From the NCBI GenBank assembly GCA_963775425.1, contig CAVZJB010000004.1, positions 128,001-192,000 of the forward strand: 64,000 bases of DNA, in the 5' to 3' direction. Below the pieces are notes generated by a model. That model searched no databases, was not told where the DNA came from, and saw only the letters and a program-made list of their open reading frames with translations. The stretch comes from an uncultured delta proteobacterium. Its GTDB lineage: Bacteria; Myxococcota; UBA727; VGSZ01. Of this stretch, positions 1 through 9,964 are shown one piece after another. The position numbers and the translations under genes are program-made. Positions within the stretch are counted from its first letter, which is position 1. Each line of letters begins with the position of its first letter.

Positions 1-138
1 GAAAACGCGGCCATCGCCTTCGGCGCCGCCGGCACCGCCGAGGCCCGCGACGAGGGCCGCGCCGCGCTCGCCGCGGCGAAGGCCGGAGACCCCGCGAACG
101 CCGCGAAGCTCGACGCGCTCGTCGCGCAACTGCGGTGA
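1..138 (+). CDS. 3' end of an upstream CDS (helical, possibly TPR-like), truncated by the window edge
   Basis: Frame 1 reads ENAAIAFGAAGTAEARDEGRAALAAAKAGDPANAAKLDALVAQLR then TGA at 136-138, with GC3-rich codons. Confidence 0.55.
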   Translation, partial: ENAAIAFGAAGTAEARDEGRAALAAAKAGDPANAAKLDALVAQLR

Positions 139-302
139 AGCGACCCGTTGGGCCGTGAGCTGCGCCGCGCGGAGCGAGTGGCTCCGGTGTGAACGTCGAC
201 CGCCGCCGTGTGAAGCGGACCGCGCCGCCGCGCGCCGGCGCGCCAGCGACCCTGGCCCGCGCCTTGCGTTCCAGCACATGAACGCTCGCGCTGGAGGGGT
301 GC

Positions 303-1274
303 ATGCTCGTTGTCGTCGTCGCGGTCTCGGTTGCGTGCGCAGGAGCTTCGATGCCGGACGGCGCTGCGACGACGACGGCGATGACGGCGACGACGGCGAT
401 GACGGCGACGGCGACGATGACGCCGACGACGACGACGGCGACGGCGCCCGCGACGGCGGCGACGGCGCCCGCTACGGCGGCGACGGCGCCTGTTGCGACG
501 ACGCCTGCTGCGACGGCGCCTGCTGCGGCGACGACGGCGACGCCAGCGACGACGGCGACGCCAGCGACGACGGCGACGGCGCGTGCTGCGGCGACGCCAA
601 CGACGACGGCGACGGCGACGGCTGCGGCGACGCCAGCGACGTCGGCGACGGCGCCCGCGACGGCGGCGACGGCGCCCGCGACGGCGGCGACGGCGCCCGC
701 GACGGCGGCGACGGCGCCTGCTGCGGCGACGCCAGCGACGACGGCGACGCCAGCGACGACGGCGACGCCAGCGACGACGGCGACGCCAGCGACGACGCCG
801 ACGCCAGCGACGACGGCGCCTGCTGCGGCTGCGACGACGACGACGGCTGCGCACGAGCCCGTGACGGTGGCGCAGAGCGTGCTTGCGGGCGCGGGCGCCG
901 CGGTCGGTGTCGCCGTGGGCGAGGCCCTGGGCCTGGCCGCGTTCTACGCGCTGTCGTCCGGCATGTCGCCGATCCAGGGGTTCTTGTTCCTCCTCGTCGC
1001 CGGGCCGCCGGCGCTGACATTGCCCGCGCTCGCCCTCGGCACCGCGGGCGCGTCCCTCGGCGCCGCGATCGCCGGCTCGCAGGCGCCGGTCGCCGCGCTC
1101 GCGGCCGGCGCCGTGGGATCGATCGCCGGCGGCGTCGCCACAAGCGCCGGCCTCGCCGCGCTCATCGTCACGAGCTCGGGCTCCGAGACGTCGGTGGCCG
1201 CCGTGGTGGCCGTCGGCGCGGTGGTGGCCGGCGCCGTGACCGCGCTCGGCTTGCCCGTCGTGGCCGGCGACTGA
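303..1274 (+). CDS. Hypothetical exported/membrane protein with a Thr/Ala/Pro tandem-repeat stalk and C-terminal hydrophobic helices
   Basis: GGAGG upstream, signal-peptide-like N-terminus, ATTATP/ATAATAP repeats, Gly/Ala-rich TM-like C-terminus. Confidence 0.6.
   Translation: MLVVVVAVSVACAGASMPDGAATTTAMTATTAMTATATMTPTTTTATAPATAATAPATAATAPVATTPAATAPAAATTATPATTATPATTATARAAATPTTTATATAAATPATSATAPATAATAPATAATAPATAATAPAAATPATTATPATTATPATTATPATTPTPATTAPAAAATTTTAAHEPVTVAQSVLAGAGAAVGVAVGEALGLAAFYALSSGMSPIQGFLFLLVAGPPALTLPALALGTAGASLGAAIAGSQAPVAALAAGAVGSIAGGVATSAGLAALIVTSSGSETSVAAVVAVGAVVAGAVTALGLPVVAGD
360..850. repeat. Coding tandem repeats (18- and 21-bp units)
   Basis: GCGACGACGGCGACGCCA and GCGACGGCGGCGACGGCGCCC units repeated. 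Confidence 0.8.
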
Positions 1275-1371
1275 CCGCTCGTCGACGCGCGGCATCGGAT
1301 GAATGCCCTAGGACATGGGTTGTATCGGGGCGCCGTGCCGCTAGGGTCCGCGGCTTCCGCTCGAGGTGCCC

Positions 1372-4300
1372 ATGCGTCCGTTCGCGTCCCCGCTCGTCCC
1401 CCTCCTCGCCGCGCTCGCCTCCACCGCCGCCGTCTTCACGGCGTCGCCGGCGCGCGCCGCGGTGCACCTCGCGCAGAAGGACAACGCCTTCGATCGCTCC
1501 TTCGAGCGCCTCCCGGACCTGCGGCTCATCCGCGGCGCCAAGCACAAGGACGTGCCCCTCGTCGTCACCGCGGACGCCGGCGAGGCCTGGACCCTCGCCG
1601 TCGACCAGCCGTGGATGGAGGTGACGCCGTCGTCGGGCACCGGGCCCGGCGAGGCCGTGCTGCGCTTCGACGCCGCCCAGCTCAACGCCGGCGAGTCCAC
1701 CGGCGGCCACGTCACCGTCACCGGCGCCGACGGCGGCACCAACACCGAGACCCTCGACGTCAACTTCGACATCTGGCCCATCCTGTCCACGGCCCACACC
1801 CCGGAGGAGCTGCGCGCCTACGCCAAGGATCCCGCGCACTGGCCCCACGACGGCTTCGGCGGCTCGTGGGAGCTGTGGGGCTTCCTCCCCGACGACACCA
1901 CGCACCCCGGCACCGGCGCCGGCCAGAACATCGACGCCTGGGAGAAGACGCCGTGCCCCGCGGGCGCCGACGCCTCCCGCGACGACTGCGTGCACCCGGG
2001 CCAGGCCGGCCTCACCGCCGGCATCGCCGCGGACCAGGCCTGGCTGTTGTCCACCGGCGACCCGCGCATCGTCATCGGGGAGCTCGACAGCGGCATCAAG
2101 TGGAGCGAGCGCTCGCTCAACACCAAGTTCTACCTGAACGCGCGCGAGCTCTCGTCGTGCCCGCCGCCGGGCGCGCCCCTCGTCGGCGCCGGCGACGACC
2201 CCTTCGTCGCCTACGACGTCAACGGCGACGGCGTGTTCAACATCCGCGACTACGACGACGCCGACTGGCTCACCGACGTCAACGAAAACGGCCTGCGTGA
2301 CCCGGAGGACCTCATCTGGGGCACGTTCACCGACGGCACCGCCTGCAGCGACGGCATCGACGCCGACGGCAACGGCTACGTCGACGACATCTCCGGCTGG
2401 GACTTCTTCTGGAACGACAACGACCCGTCCGACGACGCCGACTTCGGCCACGGCACCGGCGAGGCCAACGACTCCACCGCCGAGGCCGACGACGACTCCG
2501 GCACCCCCGGCGTCTGCCCGCGCTGCCTCGTGATGCCCGTGCGCGTCGGTGACAGCTTCGTCGTCGACGTCAACCAGTTCGCCGACGGCGTCGTCTTCAC
2601 CGTGCAAAGCGGCGCGTCGATCGTTCAGGAGGCGCTCGGCTCGCTCAACAACACGCCCTACTCGCAGGCCGCCGTGAACTGGGCGTACCAAAACGGCGTC
2701 CCCGTCATCGCGTCCGCCGCCGACGAGACGAGCTTCCACCACAACTACCCGGGCTCGCTCGAGCACACCATGTACGTCCACGCCATCGTCTGGGACGACG
2801 ACGGCGACAACAACGAGCTGACGGCGTCGACGTTCCTCAACTTCAACAACTGCACAAACTTCGGGCCGCACCTGATGCTGTCCACGCCCGGCACAGGCTG
2901 CTCGTCGGAGGCCACCGGCAAGACGGCGGGCCAGACCGGCCTGTTGATGTCGTACTTCAAGCAGCTCCAGGACGCGCACGCCGCCGGCGCCGACCCGTAC
3001 TACGCGACCCCCCTGTCGGCCGAGGAGGTCTACCAGGTGCTGGTGGCGTCCGCGGAAGACATCGACGTGCCCGGCGCCGAGAAGGATCCGGAGGCGGAGG
3101 CGCTCCTCAAGTACCCGTCGAACCCCGGCTGGGACCTCCACTTCGGCTACGGCAGGAACGACGCGCGCAAGGCGCTCGAGCTGCTGCGCGACGAGCAGAT
3201 CCCGCCGGCCGCGGACGTGTCCGCGCCGCGCTGGTTCGAGGTCTTCGATCCCGAGCGCACCGACGGCATCGAGGTGCGCGGCACCGTGTCGTCGCCGCGT
3301 GACACCGAGATCCACTGGGAGCTGCACGTGGCCGAAGGGGCCGTGGGCAAGGACTTCACCAAGGTCGCCGAGGGCGACGGCCCCGTCGACGGCGTGCTCG
3401 GCACCATCGACCTCAGCCGCCACGGCCCGCTCGCGACGCTGGTCGCGCGCGCGGCGGACCCCGCGGGCAGCAATCCCGATCAGTTCACCGCCACCCTCGA
3501 GCTGCGCGTGTTCGCCAAGGGCGGCCACGGTGACGACGTGCGCGGCGTGTTCCGCAAGGCCTTCGGCGTGCGCAGCGACCCCGACGTGCACAAGGGCTTC
3601 CCCCTCTTCCTCGGCGCGTCGGGCGAGAGCTCGCCCAAGCTCACCGACCTCGACGGCGACGGCCACGAGGAGATCGTCGTCGCCACCGCCGACGGCCTCA
3701 TCCACGCCATCTCCGAGGACGGCAGCGAGATCCCCGGGTTCCCGACCGCGGTCGGCCAGTACCAGCCGTTCTCGGACGCGTTCTGCGCGCCGTCGGCGGG
3801 CGCGCCTTCGCCCAAGTGCCACCGCACCGCGGGGCCGTACGCGGACGGCGTCATCGATCCCGGCGGGGTGCACCAGGCCGTGCTCGGCTCGGTCGCCGTC
3901 GGCGATCTCAACGGCGACGGCTCGCCCTGCCGCGACGTCGTCGCCGCCAGCGTCGACGGCTTCGTCTTCGCGTTCAGTTGCGACGGCGCGCCGCTCGACG
4001 GCTTCCCCGTGGAGATCCACCGCGACACGCTGCGCGACGGCCTCGACGGCGCCCGCCGCTGCACCGACGGCAACGGCAACGAGGTCATCGGCTGCCGCAG
4101 CGAGCAGAGCCACGGCGAGAGCGGCTTCTTCGCGGCGCCGCTGCTCGTCGACCTCGACGGCGACGGCAGCCTCGAGATCGTCGACGGCGGCATGGACGCG
4201 CGCGTGTACGCCTGGCACCACGACGGCACCGAGGTGAACGGCTGGCCCGTGCACCTCGTCAACGAGGCCGTGCCCGCGTTCGACCCCGACGGCTCGGTGC

Positions 4301-5427
4301 GCCGCTTCGACGGCCGCATCGTCAGCTCGCCGGCCGTGGGCGACCTCTTCGGCGACGGCACCCCGATGCTCTTCTTCGGCAGCAACGAGCGCGTGGCCAA
4401 CTCCACGGGCGTGTTCCTCTACGCCATCTTCCCCGACGGGGAAGCGCACCCGGGCGGACCGTTCCCGCCGCACTGGCCCACCACCGTGAGCGGCTTCATC
4501 CCCGACGAGATCCTGCCGTTCGTCGGCCGCGGAAATCCCAACTCCCCCGCCGCCGCAGACATCGACGGCGACGGCAAGGACGAGGTCATCAACGCGGGCA
4601 TGGGCGGCCTGCTGCAAGCCTTCAACGAGGACGGCACCAGCACGGTGTCGATGCGCGCGGACAGCTCGAGCTACGGCGAGAACGCCACGTCGCACGAGCA
4701 GCTCTCGCTGCCGGTCATCAACAACCCGTCGGTGGGCGACCTCGACGGCGACGGCCTGCTCGAGATCGCGAACGGCACCGCCGGCTCCGGCCTCATCCAG
4801 GTGGCCAACGAGGGCGGCCGCCGTCACGAGTTCGATCACTCGGTGGGCGCGTGGGTGGCGGGGTCGGGCTTCTTCGACCGCGGCTTCCCGCAGCGCATCT
4901 GGGACTACCAGTTCTTCATGAACTACTCGATCGCCGACCTCGCCGGCACCGGCCGCTTCAACGTCATCTCCGGCGACGGCGGCTACTTCGTGTACGCGCC
5001 CGACGTCGACGGAAAGAGCGCGCCGGGTTGGCCCAAGTGGACGCAGCAGTGGGACATCGTCACGCCCGCCGTGGGTGACCTCGACGGCGACCAGAACATC
5101 GACGTCGTCGCCAACACGCGCGAGGGCTGGCTGTGGGCCTGGAAGACCAAGGGCCACGTGGGCGGCCCCGCGGCGTCGCCGGTGCCTGCCATCCAGTGGG
5201 AGAGCTTCCACCACGACGACCACAACACCGGCAACTACAACCCGAGCACGCTGAAGAGCTACCCGCGGCTCGGTCCGCCCGACGACGCCTGCGCCGGCGG
5301 CTGCTGCTGCTCCGCCGACAAGGAGAACGCGGATACCTCTCCGATGTGGGGAGCGCTGGCGCTCGCGTCGCTGCTCGGTACATTGGGGATCACGCGCCGC
5401 CGCGGCAAGGGACGGCGCCAGGGTTGA
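1372..5427 (+). CDS. Secreted subtilisin-like S8 peptidase with a BACON-like Ig domain, Ca-binding loops, FG-GAP repeats and a MYXO-CTERM-like sorting tail
   Basis: Signal peptide; ELDSG (Asp), GHGT (His), GCSSEATG (Ser region); GNGYVDDISGWDF; FGYGRNDA; many DLDGDG repeats; C-terminal GGCCCS-TM-RRR. Confidence 0.85.
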   Translation: MRPFASPLVPLLAALASTAAVFTASPARAAVHLAQKDNAFDRSFERLPDLRLIRGAKHKDVPLVVTADAGEAWTLAVDQPWMEVTPSSGTGPGEAVLRFDAAQLNAGESTGGHVTVTGADGGTNTETLDVNFDIWPILSTAHTPEELRAYAKDPAHWPHDGFGGSWELWGFLPDDTTHPGTGAGQNIDAWEKTPCPAGADASRDDCVHPGQAGLTAGIAADQAWLLSTGDPRIVIGELDSGIKWSERSLNTKFYLNARELSSCPPPGAPLVGAGDDPFVAYDVNGDGVFNIRDYDDADWLTDVNENGLRDPEDLIWGTFTDGTACSDGIDADGNGYVDDISGWDFFWNDNDPSDDADFGHGTGEANDSTAEADDDSGTPGVCPRCLVMPVRVGDSFVVDVNQFADGVVFTVQSGASIVQEALGSLNNTPYSQAAVNWAYQNGVPVIASAADETSFHHNYPGSLEHTMYVHAIVWDDDGDNNELTASTFLNFNNCTNFGPHLMLSTPGTGCSSEATGKTAGQTGLLMSYFKQLQDAHAAGADPYYATPLSAEEVYQVLVASAEDIDVPGAEKDPEAEALLKYPSNPGWDLHFGYGRNDARKALELLRDEQIPPAADVSAPRWFEVFDPERTDGIEVRGTVSSPRDTEIHWELHVAEGAVGKDFTKVAEGDGPVDGVLGTIDLSRHGPLATLVARAADPAGSNPDQFTATLELRVFAKGGHGDDVRGVFRKAFGVRSDPDVHKGFPLFLGASGESSPKLTDLDGDGHEEIVVATADGLIHAISEDGSEIPGFPTAVGQYQPFSDAFCAPSAGAPSPKCHRTAGPYADGVIDPGGVHQAVLGSVAVGDLNGDGSPCRDVVAASVDGFVFAFSCDGAPLDGFPVEIHRDTLRDGLDGARRCTDGNGNEVIGCRSEQSHGESGFFAAPLLVDLDGDGSLEIVDGGMDARVYAWHHDGTEVNGWPVHLVNEAVPAFDPDGSVRRFDGRIVSSPAVGDLFGDGTPMLFFGSNERVANSTGVFLYAIFPDGEAHPGGPFPPHWPTTVSGFIPDEILPFVGRGNPNSPAAADIDGDGKDEVINAGMGGLLQAFNEDGTSTVSMRADSSSYGENATSHEQLSLPVINNPSVGDLDGDGLLEIANGTAGSGLIQVANEGGRRHEFDHSVGAWVAGSGFFDRGFPQRIWDYQFFMNYSIADLAGTGRFNVISGDGGYFVYAPDVDGKSAPGWPKWTQQWDIVTPAVGDLDGDQNIDVVANTREGWLWAWKTKGHVGGPAASPVPAIQWESFHHDDHNTGNYNPSTLKSYPRLGPPDDACAGGCCCSADKENADTSPMWGALALASLLGTLGITRRRGKGRRQG

Positions 5428-5464
5428 CGTCGAGGCCGACGGCACCAGGAAAGGGACACCAAAG

Positions 5465-6067
5465 ATGAAGTCGGCAAACACACCGCGGCCGCTCCCTCCG
5501 CTCGCGCTCCTCCTCGCGCCCCTCGCGGCGCTCGCGCTGGCGACGGGCTGCCCGCCCATCGAGACCGACATCCCCTCGAGCCAGGACATCGACGTCCCGG
5601 GCCAGGGGATCCTGGGCGGAAACCCGCTGGCGCCCGCGCAGGCGTTCCCGGCCGACCTCGTCGGGCAGGCGCTGGCGCAGTCCATCCAGTCGAGCTTCGA
5701 CACGAGCGGCTACGACAAGTCGCACGTGTCGTCGCTCGTCCTCGACAAGCTGACGCTCACCGTGCAGAGCCCCGAGGAGGGCGGGCAGCAAGTGCGCGAC
5801 CTCAGCTTCCTCAGCAAGCTCACCATCTTCCTCGGTGCCAGCGGCGACGACACCGGCAAGATCAAGGTGGCCGAGAGCGGCGACGGCGACTTCGACTCCA
5901 AGCCCGTCACCTACGAGATGCCGCTCACCAAGGCCGAGCTCGCCGACGTGTTCAAGGCGAACGACCAGCTCGAGATGACGTCGGACGTGGAGCCCGGGCC
6001 GCCGCCGCGCTTCGAGACCACCGTGACCGTGGACTCCAACATCCACGTCGCCATCTCGGTGTTCTGA
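5465..6067 (+). CDS. Hypothetical lipoprotein
   Basis: Lipobox LATGC, beta-rich mature part, good codon bias. Confidence 0.75.
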   Translation: MKSANTPRPLPPLALLLAPLAALALATGCPPIETDIPSSQDIDVPGQGILGGNPLAPAQAFPADLVGQALAQSIQSSFDTSGYDKSHVSSLVLDKLTLTVQSPEEGGQQVRDLSFLSKLTIFLGASGDDTGKIKVAESGDGDFDSKPVTYEMPLTKAELADVFKANDQLEMTSDVEPGPPPRFETTVTVDSNIHVAISVF

Positions 6068-6069
6068 CC

Positions 6070-7221
6070 GTGGTGGTGTCACCGCCCTCGCCGGACGATC
6101 TGCTCGAGGAGCTGCGGCGCCCCGTCGCCGGCGTCGACAAGCTCCACCTGAACAACGCCGGCGTCTCGCCCATGCTGCCGCGCGCCCGCGACGCGGGCGT
6201 GCGCGTGCTCGAGCGCATGCTCGACGGCACCCTGTCCATCGGCGCCGCCCTCGTCGACTACGAGGGCGCGCGCGAGACGTTCGCGCGCCTCGTCGGCGCG
6301 GTGCCCGGCGACGTGAGCTTCTTTCAGACCTGCGCCTCGGCAATCTCGCAGGCGGCGTTCGGCCTGCCGCTCTCCGCCGGCGACGAGGTGCTCATCTCCG
6401 ACGAGGAGTACCCGTCGAACGCGTACCCCTGGTACCGCGCGGCCGAGCGGGCGGGCGCGCGCGTTCGCGCGGCGCCGGTGGCCAAGCTCGTCGAGTCCGT
6501 GGGGCCAAAGACGCGCGTCGTCGCGGTGAGCTGGGTGCAGTACTCCACGGGCGCCACGGTCGACCTGCGCTCTTTGGGTGACGCCGTCCACGCCCGCGGC
6601 CGCGGCGGCGGCGGCGGCTGGCTCGTCGTCGACGCCATCCAGGGCCTCGGCGTCATCCCCTTCGATCTCACCGCGTCCGGCGCCGACGTCGTGTGCGGCG
6701 GCACGCAGAAGTGGTGCCTCGGCCCGGTCGGGCACGGGTTCATGGCGTGCGCCCCCGGCCGCGCCGAAGAGCTGCGCCCGCTGATGCACGGCGCGATGAC
6801 CTACGGCGGGCCCGACGACGTCCCCGATCCCAACAAGCCCCCGCGCACAGACCCGCGGCGCTTCGAGCCCGGCACGCCGCTCCTCGTGGGCGCCGCCGCG
6901 GGCGCCGCGTCGATCGAGCTGCTCCTCGACATCGGCGTCGCTCGCGTCTACGCCGAGGCGCTCGCCGTCGCCGACCTCGTCGCCGCCGGCGCGCGCGAGC
7001 GCGGCGTCGATGTCGTGGCGCCGGCGGGTCCGGTGCGCAGCCCCATCACCACCCTCAAGCCGGCGAAGGGCGATCCGAAGGCCATCGTCGAGGCCATGCG
7101 CGCCCGCGGCTGCTCCGTGTCCCCGCGCGGCGGGGGCGTCCGCGTGTCGCCGCACGCGCACAACGGCAAGCAACACATCGATCGGTTCTTCGCGCTGTGG
7201 GACGAGCTCGACCGCGCTTGA
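6070..7221 (+). CDS. PLP-dependent class V aminotransferase / cysteine desulfurase-like protein
   Basis: HLNNAGVSP, VDAIQGLG, GTQKWCLGPVG (PLP Lys), RFEPGT, VRVSPHAHN. Confidence 0.85.
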   Translation: MVVSPPSPDDLLEELRRPVAGVDKLHLNNAGVSPMLPRARDAGVRVLERMLDGTLSIGAALVDYEGARETFARLVGAVPGDVSFFQTCASAISQAAFGLPLSAGDEVLISDEEYPSNAYPWYRAAERAGARVRAAPVAKLVESVGPKTRVVAVSWVQYSTGATVDLRSLGDAVHARGRGGGGGWLVVDAIQGLGVIPFDLTASGADVVCGGTQKWCLGPVGHGFMACAPGRAEELRPLMHGAMTYGGPDDVPDPNKPPRTDPRRFEPGTPLLVGAAAGAASIELLLDIGVARVYAEALAVADLVAAGARERGVDVVAPAGPVRSPITTLKPAKGDPKAIVEAMRARGCSVSPRGGGVRVSPHAHNGKQHIDRFFALWDELDRA

Positions 7222-7239
7222 TCAGCGACCGGAGGGAGG

Positions 7240-7773
7240 TCAGCGCGCGCGCCGCGGCGCCGACACCACCACGGCGCAGCGCGCGCCGCGCGCGAGCGGC
7301 ATCGCGGCGGGGCGCACGGGCGGGGTCCACTCGCCGGTGTCGTCGAGGATCGCCGGCGCCGCGCGCTCGGGGACGAGGCCGCCGAGGACGAGCGCCCCCT
7401 TGGAGGCGAGGAGCGCGACGGCGACCTGGACATCATCGGTGGTGACCCCCGCGAGCTTGCGGATGCGGGCCACCGGGCGCTGTCCGTTCACGAGGAGCAG
7501 CACCTTGCGCTCGAGCGCCGTCAGCTCCGGCAGGAGCGCCTCGGCGTTCGACGTCGCGAGCAGCACGGCGTCGGGCCGAAGGAGCGCGCGCACGCTGTCG
7601 TGCGAGGCGAGCGGCGCGGGCACCACCGGGCGGCTCACGCCCGCGGTGTCGGCGCTGAGGGAACTGACGAACGAGGTGACCCACGGCAGCTCCTCGTCCG
7701 TGCGCAGCGCGAGGCAAGGCAGGCGCGTGGTGTCTTCGTCGAACCCGGAGCCTGTCGTCGGTGCTGTCTGCAT
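7240..7773 (-). CDS. Hypothetical protein with a winged-helix-like segment
   Basis: LTALERKVLLLVNGQRPVARIRKLAGVTTDDVQVAVALLASKG resembles the wHTH segment seen in myxobacterial DUF4388-type proteins; start codon uncertain. Confidence 0.55.
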   Translation of the reverse strand: MQTAPTTGSGFDEDTTRLPCLALRTDEELPWVTSFVSSLSADTAGVSRPVVPAPLASHDSVRALLRPDAVLLATSNAEALLPELTALERKVLLLVNGQRPVARIRKLAGVTTDDVQVAVALLASKGALVLGGLVPERAAPAILDDTGEWTPPVRPAAMPLARGARCAVVVSAPRRAR

Positions 7774-7967
7774 GCGCCGGGAGATGCACCGGCCGTGCCC
7801 CGCGACGACCCCGCGGCGCGACGCGGCCGCCGCCGCCGCCGCCCTATGCGCGCCGGGCCGCACGCGGGCGCGCACGCCGCCGGCGCGACCGACACCGGCA
7901 CACATCCGCGTGTCGACGCTCCGGCGCGCGCCACAAACGCACAGGGGAGCGGGGCTCCGTCAGCCTG

Positions 7968-8918
7968 TCAGGGGAACCCCGCGGGCCCCGCGTCGTCGGG
8001 CAGCGGCAGGTCGACGGCGACGCTCGGGTCGAGCGGCAGCGCGCCGTCGATGGGCTCGACGTCGCGGTCGACGGCGGCGAGCTCCTCGCGCAACGCGCCC
8101 GCGGCGGCGGCCCGAGCGGGGAGCAGCCCCGCGAGGAAACGGGCGACGTCGGGCGCGGGGCGGCCGGCGGCGCTCCTGTCGACCGCGGCGCGGGCCGCGG
8201 CGAGGGTCGGCGGGCGCGCCGCGGCGTCGATCTCGGTGAGGACGAAGGCGAGCGCGCCGACGACGTCTCCCCGCGCCGGCGCCGCGCGCTCCCGCTGCGG
8301 GACCTCCGCCGGCTTGCGCCACCACAGCGCGTAGGGCTCGATGCCGTAGAGCAGCCGATAGAGCGCGACGCCGACGGCGTACACGTCGTCGGCGACGCGG
8401 TCTTCATCGGGCGTACGCGGCGGGACCCGCTCGAAGTGGCGGTCCCGCCCGAGCGCGCGCCGCCGGTGAAGGGTCGGCAGCGGCGCCACGGAGCCGTCGA
8501 AGCCGAGCCAGACGAGCGCCGCGCGCGAGACCGCCGGTCCGTCCGCGTACGCGGGCCCTGCGTCGACGAGCGCGCGGGCGACGGCGAGCGCGACCTCGTC
8601 GGTGGGCCGGCGCCGCGCACCGTCGAGCTCGTCGAGGATGTGCTCGAGGCGCACGCCCGGCGCGGCGCGCCGGACGGTGAGCGCGACGCCGCCGCGCTGC
8701 CACGCGCGGACGTCCCCGCGCGCCGCGCGCTCGACGATCTCCTGCAGGAACAGCTCGCGCACCCACTCCGTCAACGCCGGCGCGCCGGCGACGTCCTCGA
8801 CGATCACGCTGCGCCCTTCGCCGTCGACGCCCCAGCGGGCGCGCACCGAGCCGCCGTTCTCGCCGGTGACGAGCGCGTCGGTGACGACGACGTCTTCGAG
8901 GCGAAACAGCGCGCGCAC
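7968..8918 (-). CDS. Degenerate protein-kinase-like protein (pseudokinase?)
   Basis: GVRLEHIL...VALAVARAL...LGFDGSV...DDVYAVGVALYRLLYGIEPY resembles kinase subdomains V-IX; no HRD, DFG or APE. Confidence 0.5.
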   Translation of the reverse strand: MRALFRLEDVVVTDALVTGENGGSVRARWGVDGEGRSVIVEDVAGAPALTEWVRELFLQEIVERAARGDVRAWQRGGVALTVRRAAPGVRLEHILDELDGARRRPTDEVALAVARALVDAGPAYADGPAVSRAALVWLGFDGSVAPLPTLHRRRALGRDRHFERVPPRTPDEDRVADDVYAVGVALYRLLYGIEPYALWWRKPAEVPQRERAAPARGDVVGALAFVLTEIDAAARPPTLAAARAAVDRSAAGRPAPDVARFLAGLLPARAAAAGALREELAAVDRDVEPIDGALPLDPSVAVDLPLPDDAGPAGFP

Positions 8919-8922
8919 GTGG

Positions 8923-9903
8923 CTACTCGAGGACGAGGAGCGCGTCGACGCCCGCCAGCAGGAGGCGCATGTCCTCGCGCAGGCGCGCGATGCGGCGCCC
9001 TTCGCCGAGCGCGACGACGCTGCCCGCGCCGGCGAGCGAGGTCCCTCCGGTGGACGCCGTGTCGACGGCCCAGAGGGCGTCGTCGCGGGCGAAGACGAGG
9101 CAGTGGACGCGGCTGACGCCGACGTCGTCGGCGAGCGCGGTGGTGCGGTGGCAGCGGGGATAGCGGCCGAGGACCACGCCGTGCTCGAGCTCGTCGCGCG
9201 TGATGCGCACCGCGATGGCCTCCTCGGGCACCGCGGGCGCCGGCAACCCCGCGATCCGCGTGCGCACGATGACGCTGCGCTCCCAAGGCGCCGACGGCGA
9301 CGGGGCGATCGACGAACGCGAGCGGCCGGGCTCGGGAGTGGAAGCGGCGATCGGCGCGTCGACGAGGGCGCCGCTCAGCTCGGCGTCGAGCTGATCCACC
9401 CAGCGCACGGCGAACGGCGCGTCGGGCTGCGCCACGAGCGCCATGACCTCGGCGGCGCCGGCGGAGAACGCGAAGGCGCGGGTGGACGACACCTGGCGCG
9501 CGAGCTCTCCGCGGCGGGTGACGAGGCCGTCCTCGGAGCGGAGGTCGACGGCGGCGGCGCGCGCCTCGCCTTCGGGCCAGAGGATCACGGCCGCGTGGCG
9601 GAGGCTCGCGCCGCTGGCGTCGTCGAGGACGACGTCACAGCAGGTGTGACGGCCGACGATCAACGCGAGCGGAGCGCCGCGATCCGCCTGCTTGACGACG
9701 ACGTCGACGCCCGAGGGCCGGCGCACGATCAGCGCGAGCGCGGCTCCCTCTGGGTGCTCCGCCCGCCAGCCGTGTATGCGCTCGAGCAGCTCCTGCACGT
9801 CGACGGGCGGCGCGAGGACCTGCGCCCGCGGCGGCCGCGCCACCCGCGTCCCCTCGTTTCGCCATGCGACCTCGACGTCGACAATGCGCGTGCGCGCGAC
9901 CAT
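8923..9903 (-). CDS. FHA-domain protein (probably two FHA-like domains)
   Basis: IVGRHTCCDVVL..ASLRHA..VDLRSEDG and VLGRYPRC..VSRVHC..VDTASTGGT. Confidence 0.75.
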   Translation of the reverse strand: MVARTRIVDVEVAWRNEGTRVARPPRAQVLAPPVDVQELLERIHGWRAEHPEGAALALIVRRPSGVDVVVKQADRGAPLALIVGRHTCCDVVLDDASGASLRHAAVILWPEGEARAAAVDLRSEDGLVTRRGELARQVSSTRAFAFSAGAAEVMALVAQPDAPFAVRWVDQLDAELSGALVDAPIAASTPEPGRSRSSIAPSPSAPWERSVIVRTRIAGLPAPAVPEEAIAVRITRDELEHGVVLGRYPRCHRTTALADDVGVSRVHCLVFARDDALWAVDTASTGGTSLAGAGSVVALGEGRRIARLREDMRLLLAGVDALLVLE

Positions 9904-9964
9904 CGCCCGATCCTACGGACCCGGGATCGCCCCGTCACCGCTGATCCTCGCGGCGCGGCTCAGC

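Noticed and set aside
1168-5703. 1511-aa antisense ORF and the many other long overlapping Arg/Ala/Pro-rich ORFs in the track (e.g. 155-1624, 11721-14159, 26577-28694, 50078-51907, 52862-55285)
   Set aside because: They are shadows of real genes caused by stop-codon scarcity in high-GC DNA and carry no recognisable motifs.
6070-7221. Calling the class V PLP enzyme IscS/SufS
   Set aside because: There is no catalytic Cys loop (GSAC or RxGHHC) and no isc/suf neighbours.
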